The notes under the pieces: model-generated
The model's database searches: none
What the model saw: only the letters and a program-made list of their open reading frames with translations
What the model was told of the DNA's origin: nothing
Origin: a virus
DNA: 64,000 bases
Strand: one strand, 5' to 3'
Virus record (IMG/VR): IMGVR_UViG_3300032116_000104
Location: 1 to 64,000 of that record
Shown: piece after piece, positions 15,005 through 23,267 of the stretch
Layout of the letters: each line of letters opens with the position of its first letter
Numbering within the stretch: position 1 is the first letter of the stretch
Translations under genes and position numbers: made by a program

Positions 15005-18000
15005 TTAGCCGTAATTTTGGATAATCCACTGACGACGAGCAATGAGTTTACGAATCAATTCGGCCCTCTCATTGGGGTCTGAAATCGCATCAGAAACCAT
15101 TTGTGTAATCATCTGGTCGGTGATTTTCTTCAAGTCGTCAACTTGTTGCTTAATTTCTTGAGGAGTGATATCTCTGAGAATACCCGCGCCTCCTGGGTTG
15201 AAGTTCGGGTCTCTAAGTGTCTCCATCTCCCTGGCTTCATCACCGAACTGGGTTCCCTTGGGGGCGCCCTGGGCCCTGTAGTTCAATGAGCCACCATGGT
15301 CAATTCTAACGGCACGGCCCTGACCGTCGTTCTTGATATTTCCAGAGTTGGCAAAGGCATCCCAGTTGCCGAGCCATGCATCGGCAACATATCCTCTTCT
15401 CATTGCCATTCTTTCACCAAGGGTATTGCCAGACATTGGGCCAGACCCAGGAACCCATTCGGAAACTACCTGTACTTGTCCATTGTCATTGCCAATATCA
15501 ACGCGCGATGCTGGAACATTGAGCGCTCGGTACAGTGCTGATGCAAGAACTTCGTTTTCAACGTGGGACTGAGAGCGTCCCTGCTTTACATAATACTTCT
15601 TGCCATCTGGTGCGGTGTACTGACCGCCAGGATTTGAGCCAAGTTGTCCACCAGTTTTTGTCCATCCAGAAGTATCAATAACTTTTGCGCTTGAACTGCC
15701 TTTGGCGGCCTTGGGGGTCTTGGGGGTCTTTTGCTTCTTCGGTTCCGCTCCGCTGACAATTCCAGCCTGCGCGTCTCTTACGATTCTCTGACCCTGCTCG
15801 TTGGTTAGCGGCTTATTGACGGCAATAATTGCGCCTCTGTTGTGAACAACGAGAGGTCCACCGCTTTCCATATCAATAGCGTCATAGCCTAGAACTGGCG
15901 CCCAATAGTTCATGTCGTGAGCAAACATTTTGCCGACATGCTGCATTGCTACCCAAATATCTTCCGAGTCTTTTCCTGATGACTTCCCGTAATTGTCAAT
16001 TAACTGCCTATAGACCTGCCCAAGCGGCGTGTCCCAATCGGCATCCGTTACCCTGCCCTCAAGGTGTTGGAGCAAGCCAGTAACATAATCTTTCGGGTCT
16101 GTTTTTTCCGCTTCTCCCTCTGGGAATCCAGCATCATAGGCTCTGATGGCATCTTTTATCTTTCGGCCATCTTCAACAATTCTGTCAAGTTCAGACCTCT
16201 TAACGACCCTCGCTGATGGAGAAACGAATGCAAGCATTCTCGCGTCTCCGAAAGAACTGCTCCATGAAAAACTGTCACCCTCAAAAGCCCAGTATTCACC
16301 AATGCCATATGCTGAACCACCCTGTCCAGGAATGAATCTGTCTTCATCGGTGAGATAAGCGTCAACAAATCCAGTGTCATTGCCAACACCCCTGTTGATA
16401 GGTCTCCATCCAGCGGTGACAAGCATTTCAACCTGGTCTTCTCTGATTTGGGTTGGCAGGCCGTTCTGCTCCATGTTTTCCCAAATCAACAAAAGACTTT
16501 CGTTCGTAACCTTGCCAATTCTCTTGGATTCGGTTTTCTCTCCGCGCTTAAACCTAGACAGTTCGCCCTCAATGAACGCCATTCTTGATGTCCACTCGGG
16601 AGTAACCTTGACCTTGAGGTCTGCTGGCTTGTCTCCAGTTACGCTCAAGGGATGCTTCAGTCTTCCTGACTGATTTCTTCCAGCAATCTTTCCTGCTGTT
16701 TCTTGACCCCTGAGTCGTCCAGCAATCTCACGCCTTGCTCTTCTGATGCGGCGAGCAATACCCTTCTTCTCGGCTTCGGCTTGTCCAGCGGTTCGCCCGA
16801 CTCCAGCCTTACGTGCTTTGCGTCTTTCGCGGCGCGCAACTCTCTTTGGATTTGGGTCAAGAAGTCTTCTTGAAAGACCTTCAAGTCTTTCGCTAGTTCT
16901 TTTCTTGACTTTTGCTTTTTCTCCAGTTTCAAGAGTCTCTTCGGCAACATATTTCTTTGCACGCCCACTCTTGCCGTAGTATGTGGAATCAACTCTTCCC
17001 ATTGTTGGGAATGTTCCTTCAATCTTCGTTCCAGAATCCTTGCCCTTTCCAAGCGCAGCCTCTTTGGACGGTGGATGAAGATGCTCAAGCATTTCATGCG
17101 AATCGTTTTTCTGCATGTTCCTGATTGTGCGCAGGTCGTCAAACTGGCGATAAAAAGTTTGGAACGCCTTGTCGTTCTCGGCAAGTTTTTTATCCCTATC
17201 TGGGCCTGGCGCCATATCACTCATTATTCTGGTGATTGAATCGCGTTCCTGTTCCTGAATTTCGGCCTGCAGAACAACCATAAATTCATCGGTAAAGTCG
17301 CTGTCGCGTGAAATGCCTGGGTATTGCTTTTTTGTCTTCGGATTTGTGAGCCAGGCATCCCAAAGACCACTTTTCTTAAAGATGCCTTGCAGTTTCTGCT
17401 TTCTCTTTTCAAGGTTTTGAACTACTGCGCTTCTCTGCTCTTGCGTCATTGATGCCCATGCTGAGCCGTCTTTTGCATCAACTCTGTCAACACCAGCAGT
17501 AGCCCGTGTTTTCTTTTTAGTCTTTGGCGTCTTTGTGCGTGAACGCATTCCAGTCTCAACGGTGCCTCTCTCCATTCTGGAGCGAAGACCAGCGGCTGGG
17601 CGCGTTCCTCTTCTTGGCGCGGCATCAATTTCTTCGGATGCTGCTGGCTTGGTTGTGCTTCTTAGTGAAGTACGCTGCGGCTTTCCACGACCTTCCGCTT
17701 GCTGCATCTGCTGTCTGCGGCTCTGCTCATTCCATGCGCGAGTCGCCGCTCTGGTGTTGACTTTGCCGCCAGTTGACCTGTCATTGACACCTGGAATTGC
17801 TGGACGCTGGAATGGAGTGCTGTCCTGAACGATGCCGTCGCCATCTCCGTCCCAGGCATTGGGGTCAAATCTTGAAGTTATTGCTCTTCCGATTCTGCGG
17901 GCGCTTCTGGTGCCACCGCCGCCTCCGCCGATTGCGCGACCGAGAGCCTTCTCCTCTGTCTTAAAGAAGTCTCCGACCTTTCTGCGCTCACCCTGTTGAA

Positions 18001-18592
18001 CAATTGTCTTGAGAGCCTTTACTCCCAGTCTGCGCTCAAAAGAAGTGCTGACAGCCGACTCAATTCTCTCACGGATGAGCGACTTCTCTTCAATGGAAGG
18101 GCGAGGCATAAACTTGGCGCGGTCAATATCAAATGCGTATCCATTTGACTTTACTTCGCGCATCATTGATGACTTCTGGGCATCAAACCTGAAAGCAAGG
18201 CCCTTATAGTTGACGGCGTTTAGATATTGGGAGTTCTTGAAGTGACGAATGGGTGTGTCAAAGACTGCTGGTGTCTTTGACGCCGACTTAACCCGATTGG
18301 TTCCAGCAAACATGTAGTCTTTCCTGCTGGCTATTGCGACCTTTACGGAGTCAACATCTCCAGAAATCATCCTGTCAAAAATGGCATCTTCCATCTGCTT
18401 GAAGGCGCCAACGATTACCCCAGGCGGCATGTCAATGGCAGAGAGGCTCTTGACGTTCGTTGAGTTGGCCCATGATGCCCAGTTTGTACTATGGGTGTCA
18501 ACCCCATAGAACTCGTATGAAGCAGCACTCTTCACTACAAAGCCAAAATTAACGCCTTGAAGAGCGTCATGAAGAATGGCTACTTTTTTCAT
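15005..18592 (-). CDS. 1195-aa modular protein: leader, DGDGD tag, G[LM]RS sites, ADP-ribosyltransferase-like domain, HipA/PI3K-like kinase domain
   Basis: ART-like: NRGV...G.GG.AYG.GEY.A...LGYDAI...HNR. Kinase-like: GGQLGSNPGG.Y....YYVK...NEVLAS.LY...DAWLGNWD...N...RIDHG. Confidence 0.8.
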   Translation of the reverse strand: MKKVAILHDALQGVNFGFVVKSAASYEFYGVDTHSTNWASWANSTNVKSLSAIDMPPGVIVGAFKQMEDAIFDRMISGDVDSVKVAIASRKDYMFAGTNRVKSASKTPAVFDTPIRHFKNSQYLNAVNYKGLAFRFDAQKSSMMREVKSNGYAFDIDRAKFMPRPSIEEKSLIRERIESAVSTSFERRLGVKALKTIVQQGERRKVGDFFKTEEKALGRAIGGGGGGTRSARRIGRAITSRFDPNAWDGDGDGIVQDSTPFQRPAIPGVNDRSTGGKVNTRAATRAWNEQSRRQQMQQAEGRGKPQRTSLRSTTKPAASEEIDAAPRRGTRPAAGLRSRMERGTVETGMRSRTKTPKTKKKTRATAGVDRVDAKDGSAWASMTQEQRSAVVQNLEKRKQKLQGIFKKSGLWDAWLTNPKTKKQYPGISRDSDFTDEFMVVLQAEIQEQERDSITRIMSDMAPGPDRDKKLAENDKAFQTFYRQFDDLRTIRNMQKNDSHEMLEHLHPPSKEAALGKGKDSGTKIEGTFPTMGRVDSTYYGKSGRAKKYVAEETLETGEKAKVKKRTSERLEGLSRRLLDPNPKRVARRERRKARKAGVGRTAGQAEAEKKGIARRIRRARREIAGRLRGQETAGKIAGRNQSGRLKHPLSVTGDKPADLKVKVTPEWTSRMAFIEGELSRFKRGEKTESKRIGKVTNESLLLIWENMEQNGLPTQIREDQVEMLVTAGWRPINRGVGNDTGFVDAYLTDEDRFIPGQGGSAYGIGEYWAFEGDSFSWSSSFGDARMLAFVSPSARVVKRSELDRIVEDGRKIKDAIRAYDAGFPEGEAEKTDPKDYVTGLLQHLEGRVTDADWDTPLGQVYRQLIDNYGKSSGKDSEDIWVAMQHVGKMFAHDMNYWAPVLGYDAIDMESGGPLVVHNRGAIIAVNKPLTNEQGQRIVRDAQAGIVSGAEPKKQKTPKTPKAAKGSSSAKVIDTSGWTKTGGQLGSNPGGQYTAPDGKKYYVKQGRSQSHVENEVLASALYRALNVPASRVDIGNDNGQVQVVSEWVPGSGPMSGNTLGERMAMRRGYVADAWLGNWDAFANSGNIKNDGQGRAVRIDHGGSLNYRAQGAPKGTQFGDEAREMETLRDPNFNPGGAGILRDITPQEIKQQVDDLKKITDQMITQMVSDAISDPNERAELIRKLIARRQWIIQNYG

Positions 18593-20634
18593 TTCCTGTC
18601 CCCAATCACACGCAGTAGTGTCTGCTTGCTTGTTGTGAGTCTGTCAATTCTCTGTTCAACGATTCGCCCGAGAATGTCAATATGTGTTTTCTCAGCATCA
18701 GAAAGTTGTCCGTCGCTGTAGAGGCGAGTCTTGAAATTTGTGAAGTTGAACGCCCTGGCCCTCTTGAGCAAGGTGTCAATCATTTTTCTAAAAGCAAACC
18801 TCTGATTCTCTTTTAGTTCAGCCCAATACTGCCTATACATTGCCGCCCTCTGGGCGGAATAGAAATCATCCACACCCATCTTGCTGCGCTTGGCTACCTC
18901 AATTTTATCTAAATCAGTCAATCCTGAGGTGAAGTTATTGACCATTACTGGCTTGGGGTTCTTGCCGTCGGTAACGGGGATAATGCTGCCTGGGTCTCTA
19001 TCCCTCTGGTCAGATAGGTAGTCGGCAATCATCATTCGGGCTACGTCCTCTGGCTCGTAGTCCTTGAAGTCAATATTTCTGTCCATTCTGTAGCCGCGCA
19101 TCACGCTGTCGGCATCCTGGACTAGATACTTTCTATTGTCGCCTTTACCGACAAATAGGACATCTGGCGACTCAAGACCGAGGTGTTCTTGAATGTCTGA
19201 AGCCAACCTCTGGCCAATATGCTCGTATCTTCTTGACGGGCTATGGAGGGTGTACTTGGTGCCATCCTTGCCCTCTACCAAGGTTCTCTTTGCGTCAAGT
19301 TTGGTCATCTTGAGCAGTGCCTTCTGAGCAAGAACCTTTTGAAGGATGTCTGGGGATATGTCAGCAAAAGAACCACCAGCATTGACGTGCTCAATGGCGT
19401 CATCAATGTTGTTGATTTTCTTGCCAATCTGGGCAACTGAATCAGTGCCAGCGCGCACTTGGGATGTCGGCTTGGCCTTCTTGCCCTTGCCAAATACCTC
19501 ATCAACCCATCTCTGCGTTGGCTTCTTGCCTGGCTTGGCAACTATCTCGTTCGGATTGTCAATATTGACGAAGTCCTCTGAGTATCTGATTCCGTCACCA
19601 GTCTGAGCAACGACCTCCTTTAGTCTTGCCGTTGCGTCTCTATCCACTGGAATCTGGGCGGCAGAGTTGACGGTTCTGCCGAGTTTTCTTCTTTCACCAA
19701 CGGTCAGCGGACGAACTTTTTCAAGGCTGATTGTTGAGCCACCTGGAGTTACATAAGTCAGTTTTGTTACCCCAGTGTTTGATAGGAGTCCAAGTTCCTG
19801 TCCACCAATGTCGCTTGGCTGACCAACTGTGACCAGATAATTCGCGCCTTCCATGTCTCTGTTGTCTGGAATGGCGCGAAGAACTTGCGCTGGCACTACT
19901 GGCTCCAGAACATATCCATCTCTGCGGACCATTCTGGCGATTCCAGATTGACGCACCTCACCCATTTGGGTGGACAATTCTCTGGAGCGTTGCTGTGCCA
20001 ATCTGAGGTTCGCTACCCCAACGCGAGGAATTTGAGGACGGCGGGATTGAATTATTGAATCTGGCGGAGCGTCTCCAGTAATCAGTCGTGAATCGCCTTC
20101 TGTTAGGGCGGCATTGGCTCCACGAACCAGGCGGCGAATTGCGCCAATCGTTGCGCCAAGAGGCGAAGGAATATCAAAGAGTTTTTGTCCACACGTAGAA
20201 AGCCTGTTGTCCGTGAATCGGCCACCATACTGGTAGCCCTCAGGACAGCGTGATGTCCTATCCCGACCAGGCCCGCGAAGCGGAAGGTTCGGTTTTCCTG
20301 GCGTCAGCGCGCCCAATACTCCAGACCTGATTGGGCTACGGATTGGGCTGAGGTTTCCTGGAATAACCGTTGAGGCTACTCCTTGAGCAATCTGTCCAAT
20401 AGTTGAGTGGCTACCAATGAGGCCTACCTTGACATCGTAATTTTTAGAAATACCAGCCCTTTTAGCGAGCGCCTTGTACTCAACGATGTTCTGGTTGCGA
20501 TTGATTCTCTCATTCAGGATTCTGTGGGGTCGCTCAAATGACTTGTATGAGTTAGATACAAGTGAAATGCGCGTTACGGAAATGGGAATCATCCCATTGC
20601 AGCAATCGGAGTAATCAGCAGCAGCCATCGCCAT
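18589..20634 (-). CDS. 681-aa head-region protein with RCP..FTD..C motif and degenerate HipA-like kinase C-terminus
   Basis: HIGQRLASDIQEHLGLESPDV...IADYLSDQRDRDPGSI...VNN, where canonical catalytic residues appear altered. Confidence 0.75.
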   Translation of the reverse strand: MAMAAADYSDCCNGMIPISVTRISLVSNSYKSFERPHRILNERINRNQNIVEYKALAKRAGISKNYDVKVGLIGSHSTIGQIAQGVASTVIPGNLSPIRSPIRSGVLGALTPGKPNLPLRGPGRDRTSRCPEGYQYGGRFTDNRLSTCGQKLFDIPSPLGATIGAIRRLVRGANAALTEGDSRLITGDAPPDSIIQSRRPQIPRVGVANLRLAQQRSRELSTQMGEVRQSGIARMVRRDGYVLEPVVPAQVLRAIPDNRDMEGANYLVTVGQPSDIGGQELGLLSNTGVTKLTYVTPGGSTISLEKVRPLTVGERRKLGRTVNSAAQIPVDRDATARLKEVVAQTGDGIRYSEDFVNIDNPNEIVAKPGKKPTQRWVDEVFGKGKKAKPTSQVRAGTDSVAQIGKKINNIDDAIEHVNAGGSFADISPDILQKVLAQKALLKMTKLDAKRTLVEGKDGTKYTLHSPSRRYEHIGQRLASDIQEHLGLESPDVLFVGKGDNRKYLVQDADSVMRGYRMDRNIDFKDYEPEDVARMMIADYLSDQRDRDPGSIIPVTDGKNPKPVMVNNFTSGLTDLDKIEVAKRSKMGVDDFYSAQRAAMYRQYWAELKENQRFAFRKMIDTLLKRARAFNFTNFKTRLYSDGQLSDAEKTHIDILGRIVEQRIDRLTTSKQTLLRVIGDRK

Positions 20635-21214
20635 CCTTGCGAACGAAAGGCATGGACTTCATGGCCCCAGACCACTCGTCCTCTCCTTCAATTTCCCAGT
20701 TCTTGTCATCGTTGATGAGACTTACAAAGCCTTTCTCCATCTCAACGAAATCTGCTAGAACCTTCACTGCGTGCTGCATGTCGTCAACGGTGACGACGGC
20801 GTCCTCAAAGCCCTCTTCGTCAGCCATGTTGAGCATTTTCTTGCCAGCGATTCTACGAAGACGGTCGTTGAAGTCGCTGTCGCTCCAGACAGAACCACGA
20901 ACAACTCCCCTCATCTTCTTGCGACAGTTCTTCATGCCAGGGTGATGACAGCCCTCGTTTGGCCAGAGACCAGTTGTCTCATGGTGGAGCCAAGCGCAAA
21001 TGTTGTTGAGTGGATACAACTCTGGGTGGTTTGCGAGAATCACCTTGCATCGGCGGAATCCACCAGGCTTGCGCATGATGGGACGCCAGTATCTGAGAAG
21101 CCTCTCAAGGTTGCCTCTTCTTGGGCCACGACCTCTGAGAATGTCGCCAGTGAGTTGCTCCTGCGGAACATCAAAGAGAACGTCCTGCGGAGCCTTAATC
21201 TCAAAATCACTCAT
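20615..21214 (-). CDS. Head-region protein with His/Cys-rich domain
   Basis: GNLERLLRYW...PGGFRRC...ICAWLHHETTGLWP..GCHH....C; similar motif recalled from actinophage head accessory proteins. Confidence 0.75.
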   Translation of the reverse strand: MSDFEIKAPQDVLFDVPQEQLTGDILRGRGPRRGNLERLLRYWRPIMRKPGGFRRCKVILANHPELYPLNNICAWLHHETTGLWPNEGCHHPGMKNCRKKMRGVVRGSVWSDSDFNDRLRRIAGKKMLNMADEEGFEDAVVTVDDMQHAVKVLADFVEMEKGFVSLINDDKNWEIEGEDEWSGAMKSMPFVRKDGDGCC

Positions 21215-21216
21215 TC

Positions 21217-21621
21217 TTATACTTCCTTGTTTTCAGCAGAACTGTTTACTGGGCTGGAGAGTTCCACCCTGAAGGAGACGGCTTTTTCGTATAAGCCCTT
21301 CTGCTTCTTTCCACTCTTCATTATGTCAGACCTGATTTGTACGCCGTTGAGCATACTGTCTTTAATTTTCTGATTTTTTCTTACGAAGATTCTATACCAT
21401 CTCTCCATCTCGTCCTTGTCAGGAGTTGACCATAGATATCGGTGAAATTCCGTCTCCATGCTTTTGCGCAGACCAATGGCAAAGCGCACCGTATCCCAGA
21501 AAGAAACAACAGTGGGTTCAGCCCCCTCTGGGACAACCACACCATCAGACAATGGGCTTTCCGAGTCCAGAATGTAATAGAGATTGGACTTGTCAATCTT
21601 TGCTACGAATACTGCCTTCAC
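21217..21621 (-). CDS. Hypothetical protein
   Basis: 134-aa ORF coupled on both sides. Confidence 0.75.
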   Translation of the reverse strand: MKAVFVAKIDKSNLYYILDSESPLSDGVVVPEGAEPTVVSFWDTVRFAIGLRKSMETEFHRYLWSTPDKDEMERWYRIFVRKNQKIKDSMLNGVQIRSDIMKSGKKQKGLYEKAVSFRVELSSPVNSSAENKEV

Positions 21622-23267
21622 TTCTTCTTGTCCTTCTCTTTGAGGAACTTCTTGACAGCGTCTGGCAGTGCGGCATCTACTTCCTCAATTGCCTTTTGAG
21701 ACACAATGCGGTCACCAGACTCCAGAAGTTTGGTAGTCATGTCCTGAAAGGAATAAGGGTCAAAGATGTCAACGCCTTCTGAGTTGACAAATCTAATTTC
21801 AGAAATGTTGAGCGGACTCAACTCAACCTTCACTTTGTCTGCCGCTTTCTGCTGGAGATAGATGGTGACTGCTGGGAGATTAAGCCCGCCCCCGATTGGG
21901 CCGCCGCCCTGCATGAATAGAACAGCATCCTCGTCGCTCAATTTCATCTTCTTTAGTTTCAATGCTATGACATCTTTGCCAACAACTGGGTCGCGAGGGG
22001 GAACCTCTACCGAATTTATGTCCAGCATTGACAGTGGGTAGTGGATGACCTCAACCTCGCTCTTGTTGATTCCACCGAGAATGTAGGCCTTGAATCCAGG
22101 ACTATTGGCATGTCCAATGAGTTGCGAATAATCGCCAGTAATGGCTGCCTCAATGTAAATCTCCAGAAGTTCAAGGTTCCTGGCTTCGCTATTACGGGAG
22201 TTGATGTTCCCCAGAACAGCAAGGGCAATGTTCTCAGAATCCTCTGACATGGTTGAAACGGAGTAGGCGTTATCAAATATGCCAGTGTTTCTTGAGTATC
22301 CCGTGCGTCCAAAAACCTCTGGTTTGAGCAGGATGTGAATCTTGTCGTTCATTGAGAAGAACTCGGACTTGTAGTTCTTCTTCTTGTTATTGGGCTCGGC
22401 GGACTTGAATCCAGAGTGGTGCATCCACCCAGAGATGGGGCGAGCCTCGTCTCCCGTCTTTCTGCTGATTCCCAAAGTTAGGTCAGCATCTCTCTGGATG
22501 TCCGCTTGTGAGCCAGACGACCTATCTCTTACTATTTTCTTTCTCTCGGCTAGAAGAAATAGTGTCTCCACAGACGCATCAACAGAGACAAATCTCTCAA
22601 ACCCAGCATGCAATCTGAAAGCCAATTTCTCTAGAATCTCTATAATCTCTTCGTTGGTCTTTTTTTCCACCGCTTTCTTCAGGTATTTAGATACCTCAAC
22701 ATCGTTTTCCCTGACAGATACGGACGGCATTCGGATATCGTCTAGAATCTTCATTACAGTGTCGGTGAAGTCGTCGTAAGCGTCGTCAATATCCGTCGCA
22801 TAGTTGGTGCCGTACATCTCATCCAACTTTGAGATGTCATTCATCATGGACTTAGATGCACTGAAGTGGTCAAATGGCTTGCCGCCAGCAGCCTTAATCT
22901 CCCTGATAACAGACTCATTGCGGCGAGAAATTTCTAGGGCATTGCTTGACTTCTTGGTTGACTTGCCGCGACGCTGTTTCTCCTCTTGACGCACATCTCT
23001 AATGGCATCAATAAGCAAGCCAGCCTCTCTCCGCTCATCGCCAGTCATTGTTGCCGAGGCTTTTTGGGCACGTCGCTCCATGTCGGACATGACCTTATCC
23101 AGGCCGTCTTGCTCAATAACTTCAAGAACCATGGTGCCATCTGGGTCAGGCTGACCCACCCTCAGTTTGGCTGGAGGTAGGACAACATCCTCTTTCTGAC
23201 GGTCTTTGTTGGACTTGAATATTCCCTTGGACCCAGCAGGAAGTTTTACACGAACTTTCTTGCTCAT
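21618..23267 (-). CDS. 549-aa head-region protein, possible degenerate DUF3626/ART-like fold
   Basis: R.AD..LG......ARPISG and FKAYILGGI...EVEVI loosely echo RP.YG and YIEAQIHG of DUF3626. Confidence 0.7.
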   Translation of the reverse strand: MSKKVRVKLPAGSKGIFKSNKDRQKEDVVLPPAKLRVGQPDPDGTMVLEVIEQDGLDKVMSDMERRAQKASATMTGDERREAGLLIDAIRDVRQEEKQRRGKSTKKSSNALEISRRNESVIREIKAAGGKPFDHFSASKSMMNDISKLDEMYGTNYATDIDDAYDDFTDTVMKILDDIRMPSVSVRENDVEVSKYLKKAVEKKTNEEIIEILEKLAFRLHAGFERFVSVDASVETLFLLAERKKIVRDRSSGSQADIQRDADLTLGISRKTGDEARPISGWMHHSGFKSAEPNNKKKNYKSEFFSMNDKIHILLKPEVFGRTGYSRNTGIFDNAYSVSTMSEDSENIALAVLGNINSRNSEARNLELLEIYIEAAITGDYSQLIGHANSPGFKAYILGGINKSEVEVIHYPLSMLDINSVEVPPRDPVVGKDVIALKLKKMKLSDEDAVLFMQGGGPIGGGLNLPAVTIYLQQKAADKVKVELSPLNISEIRFVNSEGVDIFDPYSFQDMTTKLLESGDRIVSQKAIEEVDAALPDAVKKFLKEKDKKK

